Below, piece by piece: positions 38,740 to 51,595 of a stretch of DNA of 64,000 nucleotides. The stretch lies in the NCBI RefSeq assembly GCF_009834535.1, contig NC_045697.1:20586001-20650000 (forward strand). Reading direction: 5' to 3'. The notes beneath the pieces were generated by a model. That model had not been told where the DNA came from. It saw only the letters and a list, made by a program, of their open reading frames with translations, and did no database searches. The translations under genes and the position numbers were made by a program. Numbering within the stretch: position 1 is the first letter of the stretch; each line of letters begins with the position of its first letter. Origin of the DNA: Camelus ferus (Eukaryota).

Positions 38740-40730
38740 TACATTCACTCCTTCATCCAGTCAATAAATATTTTTGATACACCTATTAGATTAAAAGCTT
38801 TGTTATCAAGTACTATGTTATTCCAGATTTGTGGGATTCTTCAGTGAAGAAAACAGACAAAATTCTTTATCTACATAGAATTGTATTACATTGATGATAA
38901 ATAAAATGGAAAAATAATAAACAAGAAACTATGTGGTATGTTAGAGAGTAGTAAGTACTAAATAGAACATACAAAGCAGTGATGAAAACAGTAGTTTATT
39001 GGGTGGAAAGGGAGTGCATTTTAGTTAGGGTTGCCCAAAGTGCCTTACTGAAGAGTGATTTTGAGAACAGACATGATCCCACGGGAGAGAAAGTCATCTT
39101 GTTATTCAGAACAAGACCTTTTTGGGAAAAGGAAAGAGCAGAGGCAAAAACCTGTGATAAGAGAGGTCTGGGCATGTTTGAGGAACCTTAATGAGGCACC
39201 TGTAGCTGGATAGAGAAAATCTGGGAAGAGAATTATAGAATTAAAGTCAAAACATTTATAGAAGCCAGATTTGGCAAAGCCTTGTAGGTCACAGTAAGAT
39301 CTTTGTGGTTGCTTCATGTTTGGGTCCCCTCAAATTCAAATGTTGAAATCCTAATCCCCAATGTGATGGTACTCTGAGGAAGGGGAGCTTTGGGATGTGA
39401 TTAGGTCATGAGGGTGGAGCCCTCATTACCCAGTTTAGTGCCCTTATAAAGGAGACCCTAGAAAGCTCACTTGTCCCTGCTGCCATGTGAGGACACAACA
39501 AGAAGATGGCTATGAGGACGCAGGCTCTTGCCAGACACCGAATCTGCTAGTGCCTTGAACTTGGGTTTCCTAGCTTCAAGAACTGTGAGAAGTTAATTTA
39601 TGTTGTCTATAAGCTACCCAGTTTGTGGTATTTTTGTTACAACACTTCAAATGTACTAAGACAATATTGACTTTTAATCTGTGTGGGATGAAAAGCCATT
39701 GGAAAAATTTTAGCATAATGTTGGCTTGATTTGACTCACACATTAGTATAATTTTTCTGGCTACTGTGTTGATAATATGGGCAAAGGTACAAACTGGAAA
39801 AACTAGTTAGGGGTGTATGGAAATAATTCAAATGAAATTTGGTAAAGAATTGGATCTGGGTGGTATAGGAGGGCTGGTGAGAGGTGGTGGAATTCTGGAT
39901 GTGTCTTGATGGGTCATCCTAAAGATTTGCTGAGAAACTAGATATAGTGTGAAGAGAGAGAAGGTGGAGTCAAGTATGACCCCCAACTTTCTGATCTGGA
40001 ACAATTGGAATGGTGGAATTTCAGTTAATTCAGATAAAGAAGGTAGTTGAAGGAGCATGATAGACAGGAGAGGGAGCACATCAGGAGGTCAGTTATGGAA
40101 ATGGTAAGTTTGAGATGCTAATTATATGCCCAAGTGTAAATATAAAGTTGGTATTGTAGTTTTGTTCTGTGAAAGTCTAAGGAGAGATCTGCACAGACAT
40201 ATGCATTTGAGAGCCAGCCACTCGTGGATGGTCATTGATGCCATGAGTCTGAATGAGATGACCAAAAGAACAGGTGTAGATAGAATTGTTTTTTAAATGC
40301 AAAGACTGAGACTTCAAGTAGATGAAGAAGAATCCATAAAAGAAAGCAACAAAGAGGAACCAGTGATATGAAAGGAAAACCAGTAATGTAGTGTGCTGGA
40401 AACCAAACAGAAAAGAATGTTCACGTGTGTCACTTTCTTCAGATTTGGAAAACGGCCATTCGTTTCAGCAACATGGAGGTCATTGACGGTCTTTGGATAA
40501 AAGCAAGTTCAAAGGAGTAGGAGATTAAAAGCATGACTGTAGTGATTTTAGGAGAATGTTGAAAGCAGCAAATACAGAAAACTACTATAAATTGTTGTGC
40601 TCTAAGAGAAGGGAGACAAATGGTGCAGTAACTGGACTGGAGTGTGGGATCTAGGAAGAATATTTTATTTATTGGAGAAACACGCTACATTTGAATATAC
40701 GATGGCATTGATTCAGGAGAGAACAAAGAG
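38740..40730 (-). mobile_element. Long L2 element (3' part), interrupted by MLT1A
   Basis: Begins with L2 tail 'cattcactccttcatccagtcaataaatattt'; includes 'ggcatgtttgaggaac', 'ggtaagtttgagatgc' and 'agcaacatggaggtcattgac'. Confidence 0.88.
39304..39663 (+). mobile_element. MLT1A (MaLR) solo LTR, full length
   Basis: TG...'ctaagaca' termini, 'aaattcaaatgttgaaatcctaatccccaatgtgatggta', 'gccatgtgaggacac'; imperfect TSD atctt/atatt. Confidence 0.9.
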
Positions 40731-40777
40731 AAATAAATTTCCATAACAAATTTTTTTCCTTTTTTAAAAAAATTTTA

Positions 40778-40858
40778 ATGTGCAAATGAATCACATGTGG
40801 ACCTTGTTAAAGTACCAGTTCTAATTCAGTCACCTTGGTGACGGCCTGAGAACATTTT
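40778..40858. mobile_element. MER5A (hAT-Charlie MITE) fragment
   Basis: 'gaatcacatgtggaccttgttaaa...ttctaattcagt...ggcctgagaa'. Confidence 0.6.
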
Positions 40859-40861
40859 TAT

Positions 40862-42874
40862 GTTGCTGTTGTCGATATTATTATTATTATTGTTATTGTT
40901 ATTATTATTATTATTTACCTTTTTTCTCCTTTTACCCATTTCTTCCATCCCCCCCACACCCAAAATATGGCAATCACCAGAGGTGCTCTCTTTATCTATA
41001 AGCTTATTTCTGCTGTTTGTTTTAGATTCCACATATAAGTGAGATCGTATGGTATTTGTCTTTCTCTGTCTGACCTTCTTCACTTAAAGTAACTCCTTTG
41101 AGGTCCATCCATGTTGTTGCAAACGGCAAGAATTTATTCTTTTTATGGCTGAGTAATACTCCATTATATGTATACACCACATATTCTTTATCCATTCACA
41201 TATCAAGGGGAACTTAGGTTGTTTCCATTTCATAGTTACTGTATATAATGCTTCAGTAAACATGAGAATGCATATGTCCTTTCCAATTAGTATTTTTGGT
41301 ATCTTTGGATAAATACTCAGTAATTGAATTACTGGACCATATGGTAGTTGTATTTTTAATTTTTTGAGGAACTTCCATACTGTTTTCCATAGTGGATGCA
41401 CCAATTTACTTCCTCACAAACAGTTCACTAGGGTTCTCTTTTCTCCACATTCTCACCAACACTTGTAATTTTTTGTCATTTTGCTAGTAGCCATTCTAAC
41501 AGATGTGGAGTGATATCTTCCTATGGCTTTGATTTGCATTTCTCTGATGATTAGTGATGTTGAGCATCTTTACATGCAACTGCTGACCATCTGTATGTCT
41601 TCTTTGGAAAAATATCTACACAAATTGTCAGCCCATGTTTTAAAAATTGCATTGTTTGTTTTTGCTACTGAGTTATATAATTTTTTATATATTTGAATAT
41701 TAACACCTTGTCAGATATATAATGAGCAAATGTTTTTTTTTTTTTTCATTCAGTAGGTTGCCTTTTCAATTTTTTGAAGGTTTCCTTTGTTGTGCAGAAT
41801 TTTAGTTTGATGCAGTCTCATTTGCTTAATTTTGTTGCTTTTACTTTTGGTGTCAGACTAAAAGGTCATTGTTAAGACTGATGTTAATGAATTTACTGCT
41901 TATGTTTTCTTCTAGGAGTTTAATGGTTTCAGGTCTTAAATTAAAATATTTAAGCTATTTTAAGTTAATTTTTGTGTATGGTGTAAGATAGTGGTTGAGT
42001 TTCATTCCTTGCATATGGATGTCCAGTTTTCACAACATCATTTATTGAAGAGACTATCATTTCCCAATTGTATATTCTTGATTCCTTTGTCATAAATGAA
42101 TTGACCAAAAATGTAGGTTTATTTCTGGCATCTCTATTCTGTTCCATTTATCTATGTGTCTATTTTTATGCCAATACCGTATTGTTTTAATTACCATAGC
42201 TTTGAAATGCAGTTTGAAACCAGGAGCATGATGCATCCAATATTGTTCTTTTTTTTATCAAGATAGCTTTGGCTATTTGGGATCTTTTGTGGTTCCATGC
42301 AAATTTTAGGATTATGTGTTATATTTCTATGAAAAATTTCATTGGAATTTTGATAGGAATTGAACTGAATCTGCAGATTTCTTTGGGAAGTATGGACATC
42401 TTAATAATACTGATTCTTCCAATCCTGAGCATAGAATATCTTTTAATTTATTTGTATCTTCTTCAGCCTTTCATTAGTGTTTTGTAGTTTTCAAGACACA
42501 AGTTTTTCATTTCCTTTGTTACATTTATTTCTGGATATTTTATTCTTTTTGATTCAATTGTAAATGTGATTGTTTTTCTTAATTTCTCTTTCTGATAGTT
42601 TGTTACTAGAGTATATAAACGCAACAAATTCTTATGTACTGATTTGTATCCTGTCACTTTACTGAATTTATTAGTTCTAACAGTTTTTTGATGGCTTCCT
42701 TAGGGTTTCTGTATATAACACCATGTCATCTCCAAATAGTGACAATTTTAGTTCTTCCTTTCCAAGTTGGATGTCTTTTATTTCCTTTTCTTGCCTAATA
42801 TTTCTGGCTAGGACTTCTAATACTATGTTAAATAAATTGGCAAAAGTGGGAATAATTATCTTTTTCTTGATCTT
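40862..42874 (-). mobile_element. L1 (L1MA9/L1_Art-like) 3' segment: ORF2 RT to C-terminus, 3' UTR and (AAT)n tail
   Basis: Minus-strand translation includes [38 protein letters not shown] and [20 protein letters not shown]...WKQPK...WCIHIMEYYSAIK. Confidence 0.93.
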
Positions 42875-42878
42875 GTCT

Positions 42879-43273
42879 TATACCCTGATGCCAAAACCAA
42901 AGATGCCACAAGAAAAGAGAATTACAGGCCAATATTCTTGATGAACATAGATGGAAAAATACTCAACAAAATATTAGCAAACCAAATTCAACAATACAAT
43001 AAAAAATCATATAACATGATCGAGTGTGATTTATTCCAGGGATGCAAGGATGGTTCAACATCTGCAAATCAGTGAATTTGATACACTACATTAAAAATTA
43101 TGGATAAAAACATATGATCATCTCAATGGATGCAGAAAAAGTGGTTGACAGGATTTAACACTCATTTATGAAAAACTCTTAACAAAGCAGGTATAGAGGG
43201 AACGCACCTCAACATAATAAAGGCCATATATAAGAAGCTCAAAAGTAATGTCATATTCAAGGATGAAAAGCTG
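42879..43273 (+). mobile_element. Inverted 5' segment of the same L1 (ORF2 RT N-terminal part)
   Basis: Plus strand reads TLMPKP/KENYRPIFLMNIDGKILNKILANQIQQ...IPGMQGWFNI...NVIFKDEKL (frameshifted). Confidence 0.92.
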
Positions 43274-43279
43274 TAGAAA

Positions 43280-43720
43280 ATTTCTTGAATGGCAGAAAGG
43301 GACTTGGGTCTCAAGAGCAAATTTCAGTTATTCTTAGCCAGGACCATGAACTCTTCAAAAGAGCAGAAGATATAAAAGAGCACATGGGAACAGACAGTAA
43401 TTAGAAAAGGAGATAGGAGTTTCTAGAAGTTTCTTTTTTTGTTTTAATTTGTATAGAAAGAAAGGTTGAAGTTCAGAGAGGGAATGAAGGAGAAAGATAT
43501 TGGAGTTTTGAAGACATAGGGGAATAAACAAAATTAATCTGGAGAGGAGAAGATAGAATGTAATTGGGCACAGAATAATTGTCAGGCAGCATCAGAGACC
43601 TTCTAGAGATTAATGATTAGGAGTTTATTATGATACCAGTTAACACGTTTGTTTTTTTCCAAACAGGTCCTCATCTTTAATGTAGGAATTATGTAATATG
43701 TAGAGTTGGATTTAGGCTTT
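43280..43720 (-). mobile_element. Probable continuation of the 38740 L2 element
   Basis: Purine-rich antisense L2-like sequence resuming after the L1 insertion. Confidence 0.5.
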
Positions 43721-43879
43721 ATGATAGAGTGTTCCTACTGGACCAGCCCCCAACTTGTCTACCTCTGGACTTATATTTTTGGAAGATAATAGTAAACTCT
43801 CAATTTGTTTAAAATACTGTTTTTCAGGTCTCTGTTGGTAGTAGTCAAATACATTTCTAACTTACCAAAACATGATATA

Positions 43880-44130
43880 AAGTCAATTAGGATGAAGCCA
43901 AACACAAAACAAATTAATATAAATTTTGAAAAGTGAAACTTAGAACTGTTATTTACAAACATAATTATCTACTAGAAATCCTAAAAAAAAGCTATAAACT
44001 ACTAGAATAAAAGTAATCTAGTTAAGTGAATTAAAAAAATATACACAGATATTCATAAATCAAAAATTCACCTATAAACTATCAATAAAAATTCTAAAAA
44101 TAGAATAAAATGACTAGTTAAATGAACAAA
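43880..44130 (+). mobile_element. Highly decayed L1 ORF2 fragment
   Basis: 'actgttatttacaaacataattatctactagaaatcctaaaaaa...aaactactagaataa' corresponds to the LFADDMIVYLENP region. Confidence 0.6.
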
Positions 44131-44619
44131 ACTACAATTTTTTTGCTGTAGCTGTGTTTATTTGCATCAAGAAAAATATCTAAGTCATTAACTCATGTCC
44201 ATTTATATTTAAATTCAATGTAATAAGCATAAGAAGATTTTTGGTGAGTATATTGCCCCATACTCAAATGAATAGATTTGTTCTATTTTCTTTCATGCAA
44301 ATGCATAAATTTTAAGTTAATTTCTGATACACGAGTCAAATAATCTGGTTTCTTTTCTGCTTATTTTGAACAGGTCTCTTTTGCCTTGTATTTATCTACA
44401 AAAGCAATCTTTCCTATCTTGCATATAATGCATTGCATGTTACCAGACTTCATTTGATCCTCAGAATATTACAATGGATACTGCATTCTCATTTTATAGA
44501 AGAGGAAGCAGTAGCAAATATATGGTGATTTTATTAATGTAAATTATGTAGGATGTGGCGATAATCAAATTGAAAGGTAGGATTTCTAATTCCAAATTTA
44601 TTCCCCATTGGGTAAATAA

Positions 44620-44985
44620 TTAGCTCTGCTCACTGGTACCTGGTTCTTCACACTTTCTGAGCAGATAAAAGGAGGGACTTCCCAGCCCCCATTATGTTTA
44701 GATGAGGTCACATGACTGATTCTGGCCAATGAGTAATGATGTATGTCATGTGTACTTAATTGCTGGTGTAGGCATTCTCCTTTCTGTCTGGCACTGTGCC
44801 TGGTAACATTTAGATGATACGTGTCCTGTCAGTAACTATTTGACACACTGACTGCTTGAGTGACAGTGAAGCCAATCTGCAACAGACATATGACATTTAG
44901 GTGACATAAAACTTTGTTATTTAACCCACTAAGATTTTGGAGTGTTTTATGTCCTTCGTGTAATATAGACATTTGTCTTCACAAC
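44620..44985 (+). mobile_element. MLT1 (I/J-like) LTR
   Basis: 'acttcccagccccc...ggtcacatgactgattctggccaatgag...ataaactttgttatttaacccactaagattttggagtgttt'. Confidence 0.75.
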
Positions 44986-46108
44986 TATCTCTTAGAGTTT
45001 CTGTAAGTCAAACTTATAGTTTCTATATGTTTTTTTTAAAAAATGATTAAAACTCTTCAATTTCCATGTAAATTATGGCTCTTTATTTTATAAAACAATG
45101 GCCATAAATATAATTTTATTCAGAAATATGTAAAATTAATTTTGATGTTTCAGAAAGATAATGATTTCTTAATCAGGCAGGGAAGTTATATATTTGAAAA
45201 TCATAATCACAAATCCCAAGGCTATGTGAAATACCTCAGTGATTTTCAAGTGGAAAATATGCTTAAAATACTGTTTGAAAAGGTAATTATTTTAAATGTT
45301 CATATCCACATGAAATATTTATACATCTATTTCTCTGTATATAAAAAGTAATATAGACAAGTACAGAAAACTCTAGGAAAACTTTAAAGGTGTAAAACCC
45401 AACCACCAGATGGATGGTGAAACTGACAAAATAGGATATGAAACAGTCTTTGTTTTCAAGGAGAGGAAATGCAGGAGGAATTTTATTTTGAGCTATAACT
45501 ATTACAATGCTTATGCTTTTCTCTTTCAATTTTGAAATACTGGAGATGTCTGAAGATTAACCACTACAACTTCTTCAGGGGAGAAGTAGCTTAGCTGAGA
45601 ATTATGCTGGCCAGTCCATCTGAAAAGAACATATTTTGATTGAAGAGCCAGCAAAAGAGCTTTGCAGTATATAAGAGATCTGCAGCAAGGAAGAGACTGA
45701 GAAAATTCAGACTTGTGCACAATGGTTAGAAACACTCATTGAACTGAAAACATTCATCCCTTGTGTATGACATCCTTGAAACCAAAAATTCAAAATTGCA
45801 TACCAAGTGTTACAGTGACAAAAGAAGCACTCAGATTGACCATAGCCTCTGAACAAATGACAAAGCTCTAAAGTCATTTCACAGATGTTGAAATTATGAA
45901 GAAATAAACCAAATGTTTATATTCTATTTACTAAAATTCATGGCAACGAGTCAAGTGGCAAAGTCTTCCTATGCTTCTTTGTTTTCTCTTCTTTGTTTCT
46001 CCAGTGACCTTATCACCAACCAGAACTATAGAAAGCAGGACAAATACACAGGGCTTATATCACTCCAGAACAAGGATATTCTTTGAATTTTCAGGAGAAA
46101 AAAGATAT

Positions 46109-46370
46109 GGCCCTAGTCCAATATGAGTTGTATCTTTATAAAAGGGGAAATCTAGAGGCAGATACACACAGAGGGAAGGTGATATAATGCTACACAGGGA
46201 GAAGACAGCTACCTACAAGCCATGGAGAGTCCTGGAGTAGGCCTTTCCTTCACAGCTCTCATAAGTAATCAATATTTGCAACAACTTGATCTTGGACTTC
46301 TAGCCTCCAGAACTGTGAGACAATTCATTTCCGTGGTTTGAACACCCAGTTTGTTGTACTTTGTGACTAG
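46109..46370 (+). mobile_element. MLT1B-like LTR fragment
   Basis: 'cacagggagaagacagctacctacaagcca...ttgatcttggacttctagcctccagaactgtgagacaa'. Confidence 0.85.
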
Positions 46371-46399
46371 AAGAAAAGTCATTTTTAATTTCGCATTAT

Positions 46400-47550
46400 T
46401 GCCATCTCTGGTGATCCAGGTTGGTTACACTCTTGCAAAAATAGGTGTGGCCAATTATCAACTTGGTTCCAATCAACTCCATGTGCTCATCTTATTACTC
46501 CAAGTTTTATTTATTTATTTATTTTGTTCTTTTTCATCCTTGCTACTTTCTCTGGAAGTAACTGTTAGGTGCTCTGAGTCTATTTACCTTACACGGAAAA
46601 GTCACATCCTCAGTGTTTTCCTCTGATCCATTTTTCCACTTGAAAGTACTTACTGTGCAACATCTGAATCCATTTATTGCCAGGCGATGTAATTTTAATC
46701 AGTCTTTGTGACTAAAGTATTTCCTAAGTTTTACTTTTATGATTCTAGTTGAACAAAAGTTGCCTCTTTCTGTTCAATTAGAACCAAATTTCTGTACTCT
46801 TCATTCTCCTTTAATCATATTTGTGAACTGGCCTCTTTTTTTTTTTTTTTTTTGAGAGCATCTCTTTCCTGGGCTACCTTGTAAAATGCAAAAGAATGGT
46901 AAACTACACCTGCTGTTAGCATTTTATTTTTCGAAATTCTTTCTGTAAAATTACAAGTTCAAAAAACAATTGCGAATTTATTAGATCCAATCTCTCTCTT
47001 TCAAGGTATACATGGATCAATGTCTCACCAAATGTTTACATTGACACTAATAACCATCCTTCTAGCCTTCACTCATGGGTCTGCCACCCGACTCTCAAGA
47101 CAATGCTGTTTGTTTTAGGTACAGTATTACTTTAATGTCCCATTCCCTGTACCAATCTGTTTATGAATCAGGATCAGCTTGGTTAAGTTTCAATAACAAC
47201 TTTAAAAGCACAATAAACTATCGTTAGAAAGGTTTGTGTTTTTGTTTTTACTTTTCCTATCGTCCGACACTGGAAAGTGAGCTGGGGAACTCATACTAGT
47301 TGTCCCTGAACAGAAACTCAGGCTAATGGAACAGAAAAATATGGAATGATGCTATCAGAGTTGAAAAGAAAAATAGAACACCGGTTGTTCTCACATAACC
47401 ATTCCGTGATTGGCCTGAGAGTGAGACAATATCACTTGTGTTTAAAATTCATTGACGAGAACAGGTCATGTGGTCCCAGGCAACAAGAGTCTCAAGACAT
47501 GCAGTTCTGCTATGAGTGTTAACGGAAGGATGAACTGAGACATTTGACAG
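46400..47550 (-). mobile_element. Old MLT1 LTR (about 47158-47550) with adjoining MLT1 internal sequence
   Basis: Junction 'cccattccctgtaccaatc|tgt..aatcagga' is the antisense LTR/internal boundary of MaLR elements. Confidence 0.55.
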
Positions 47551-47556
47551 AGTAGT

Positions 47557-47577
47557 GGCGGGGGGGGGGGGGGCGGG
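47557..47577 (+). repeat. Poly-G tract (G14 with flanking GG/GGG)
   Basis: G run at 47560-47573 flanked by ggc and cggg. Confidence 0.9.
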
Positions 47578-48949
47578 AGATAATGATATTATCCCCATTT
47601 CTTAAAACTAAGTAACTGAAGCTTAAGGATCTAGAAACCTTATAAATAAGTAGGATCCCTATTTGAATCATTGTCTTCAGTTTCCAGTTTTTTTATTCTT
47701 ACCACATTTTTCCCTTAGATTGAACCATCTTGAGATATTCTCAAAGACGAAAAAAGAAATAGAAACCAACAAATAAGGGAACAGAATGAACTCTAATAGA
47801 CAGGACAATATCTTTATCAGGACAATAGAGACTGAGATAAAAACGTGGATCCCCTGAAAAATATTCATTGAACCCCTTCTTATGCCTGATACTCCACTAA
47901 TCACTTTCATTTCAATAATAATAGTTACTCCTCATAAAACAGCGTGAAGAAAAGTACCTGTGCACACGCAGCTATGCAATTTAACTTCTTTGAAATAAAT
48001 TCACTTTTCCAGATACAATAATGATTGAATAGAGAGAGTAAAATGTAATCCGCTTATGTAGGTTGATGAAATAATGGAATGGCATAGCACACAAGTCTGT
48101 GGCTCACCCAGCACGTGGGCTTGAGGTGAACATGGGCAAACCATTGTCTCCCATATTCCCAAGCATGCAAGGTGACCCTGGCTCTTTCTACGAGGTGTGT
48201 CTCAGCAGAACGTTCCTGGCCTAAGGGTCCTAACCATAATAAATGTGTTCTCTCCAGATACAGGTTTCTCCTCCCTCTCTGGCTTGCCTAGTGAGCTGAA
48301 GACTCTCCTTAATGGGGCTGCTAATGGGCCTCTCTAGCCTGAAGGCAATTTTGCCTTTTCATAGTAAATAGACTCCGAAAATTTTGAAAAGAAAACATAG
48401 TCTGAAACTCATATTAAAAGGGTACTGGCTTCTCTGTCTCTGAGCAGCCCTCGTCTTGAGAATAAATTTTTTTTTTCATTATACATTTCCACACCACTCC
48501 CCTCTGCCTGTAACTTCTTAGTTTTTTTTTTTTTTCTTCTTCTTATTGGCAGATACTTTTCTACTTTCATATCTCTCCTGTCTTAAAATAACACTTTATC
48601 TTCTTAGATCTTGTCTACCTTCTGGTGATGCTTTTCTCTTTTTGTCTTTTGACTGCTGACCTCCTTGAACATATGGCCTGTCTTAATTCCCTAAATATTG
48701 CATTATCTATCTTTTAACTCCTGAAATTCTGTCATTTGACCTTGCAATTCCCCTGAAAAGATTGTTGATGATCTCATCAATTCTTTCATCAAGTATCTTG
48801 CTTTTTTTTAATCATCAAGAGCTAAACAGTAGTGAATCAAATGGATGCAGCACTGCCTCCTATATTTCCTTACTTAAATATGTAAATAAAAATTAAGCTG
48901 TATTTACTCACAACATTTCTGAGTCCAAATGAGAGGTTATTTTTTTTTC

Positions 48950-49156
48950 CCTCTGACACCAAAAACTCAGGATCTTTTTTCAACACTAGCTGAACTCCCT
49001 GACAACAGCTGGGTGTCAAAGAATTCAATTCAATTGTGATAGTGTTTACCTGGAGTTAGTATCAGATGCCACAAGTTAAAGGGCTCAATCCAACAAGGCT
49101 GTCCCCACCTCAGATACTAATCTCAAGTCCCAGGCCTTCTGTGCTTCTGACCAGTT
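48950..49156 (-). mobile_element. MER21-family LTR fragment
   Basis: 'cagctgggtgtc...aattcaattcaatt...tacctggagttagtatcagatgccacaagttaaagggctca'. Confidence 0.8.
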
Positions 49157-50719
49157 TGATTTACACATTCTATATGTGAGGGCTGGCTCCTCACTAGAAT
49201 TGACTTTTCTATAACCCTGAACTCTCCATATATTTTGAATACAAACTTTATTTAGAATTGAGAAGATGTTATCTTCTCACTTTTATTTCCATCTCTGCCC
49301 ATCTTAGAAAAGTTTCCAACTCCCTCTGACCCCTTCTAATAATCACTGAAAAAGAATCTTTAACATTTGGTTCATCTCCATAGATATTCCAGAGATATTT
49401 ACAATGCCTCCTTTTGATGCGGTACTCAAATACCTTTTTATTGGAAAGTCAAGGAAGAGATAAACCTGTATTTTAAAAAGAAAGAAAAAAGCATTGACTC
49501 TCATGAAGATAAATTGCATTGCATCAATATTATTTATTTTTATTATTTAAAATTTTTATTTATTTTATAGCTTTTTAAAAATTGAAGTATAATTGACATA
49601 TAATATCATATTAGTTTTAACACTGGTAAGAGTGTTAAAATCTTCAAGGGAATCCTGGGGAAACTCGATAAACCACAACAGTAACCTTTAAGTATGCACT
49701 TAATTTGTAAATTAAGCTTCCATAACTGGAAGTTTACAAGCAGTCTGTTTACTATTACTGGCTAGTTCTTATTCTCCTCCGAAGATAAATGTGCTGCTCT
49801 CGGTGTGAGGGGTACTGTAACCTCTTTGGCTTAATAAATACTTTGGTTGTCAGAAAAGCCCTGGCTTCATTAGCAGAATAAAATTTCCACCTGCCAGGGA
49901 TTCCCCAAGTTACATGGCTGAATAGAACATTCTAACTTAAAAATTCTTTTCTTCAATTTTGAAAGTTTTCTCTGACTGTCTGAGGGTTTTCAAGCTTTGA
50001 AGCCTCTCCTGAATGCCCAGGACTTCCTCGTAAAAGTTCTGCTGGAAATAAACAGGACTAAAGTGCTCGCAGGTCCAAGGCTGTGAGGCCGTGAGACAGA
50101 AGTGGGGGTGCTCTGGGATGAGAATCCAGGACTCTGTTGATCCCCTTGTATTGTATGGACACTTGAAAGTTGTAGGAACCCCGTAAAGTAAACATGCATA
50201 AAATTACTTTGGCTTTAATCTATTTCACTAGAGACATTTTTCCTTCTTGATGGAGAATGCTGCCCTTCTCCGTCTCTGTCTCTCTCTCTCACACACACTC
50301 TTCACAGGATATCAGATCTTCTTTATGTATTTTTCTCTCTTTAGGCACACACCCGTGGTATCTGGTTTTGTTTCCTCCTTGTGAAATTATTATAAATACT
50401 ATTTTTCTTTTCTTCTTACAAAATTAATTCATGATCAATGTAGGGTCCTTTAAAAATAAAAGTAAGTCTTAAAGCAACTGGACAATCATTTATAACCTCA
50501 CCCATTCAAGTCAGATTGCCAAATGTGTACACACTGCTGGATTTTGTCTTTGTCTGTCTGTCTCTCCCTTTGTGTGACACACTGAGCTTGTTTACTTTTC
50601 AGTTTTGCTGTCAACAATCATGGAGTCATACTATTTTATAACTGTATTTTTAAAAACTTGAGAGTATATTGAAATACTCTTTCTGTAATGTCATATTACA
50701 TTTTCCATGGCTGCATAGT

Positions 50720-50910
50720 AAATAATTTATTTGTTGAGCTATACTTCACATAAAATTCATAACTTTAAAATGCAAAATTCAGTGGTTTTGATTACATTCG
50801 TTGTACAACTAACACCACTAATTCCATATAACTTTCCTCACCCCTAAAAGAGACCCCATACCTCTTGTCAGTTAGCACCAATTTACCTCCCTGCCACAAC
50901 TTTCTGCCTC
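50720..50910 (-). mobile_element. L1MB-type 3' terminal fragment
   Basis: 'ttcacataaaattcataactttaaaatgcaaaattcagtggtttt...acccctaaaagagaccccatac'. Confidence 0.75.
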
Positions 50911-51202
50911 TAGTGAGTAAGTGATGCAAATAATTGCACAGATATTGGAGGTAATTTCAAAAGGGAGGAATATCTGGCAAGACTTAGAAAACACAAAGCT
51001 GAATTACAATACGTAGCAAAAATAACACAGTTGGCAAACAAAATTATTGCTTTACTGCATATTAGAGATAATAAACACTATAGGTATCTGAAAATAGGCC
51101 TCATCACTGTGTCTGGAGCAGTCAAGGAAGGATCTTTTGAAAGAGATGGGACTTCATCAGGGCCTGGAAGGATGCACTGGATTTGAACTAAAGAAATGAT
51201 GT

Positions 51203-51336
51203 TGGGGAGGCTATAGTTCAGTGGTAGAGCATGTGCATAGCATGCACACATTCCTGGGTTTAATCCCCAGTACTTCCATTTAAAAAAAAAATAAACCTAA
51301 TTACCCCCCAAGCAAAAAAATAAAATTCCTTTTTTT
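51203..51336 (+). mobile_element. tRNA-Ala-derived SINE (camelid Vic-1-like)
   Basis: 'ggggaggctatagttcagtggtagagcatgtgcatagcatgcac...ctgggtttaatccccagtacttcca' with A and B boxes; same 'aataaacct..ttac.cccc' tail as the 27162 copy; 12-bp TSD. Confidence 0.9.
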
Positions 51337-51374
51337 AAGAAATGACATAAGAGAATAGTCTAAACCAGAAAGAC

Positions 51375-51595
51375 ATAGAGCACAGTGTCTTGCAAACAGA
51401 GGGCTGCAGACTCATTGCATTCAAATCTTTATTCTACTACCTTCTGAGGCAAGTTCCCTAACTTCTCTATGCTTCAGTTCCCCTTTTGTAAAATAATTAT
51501 AATTGTACCTACTTCATACAATGGTTGTTTAGATTGAATGAAATGATTTAGCAGGAATTCTGACATTTAAGAAGTATTCAAGAAGCTATTATGAC
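51375..51595 (+). mobile_element. MIR SINE
   Basis: 'ggcaagttccctaacttctctatgcttcagttcccctttt gtaaaat...gtacctacttcata'. Confidence 0.8.

Noticed and set aside
41084..42941. ORFs with reverse-transcriptase or L1 ORF2 similarity as an active gene
   Set aside because: Fragmented by stops and frameshifts, 5'-truncated and inverted; a dead L1 copy
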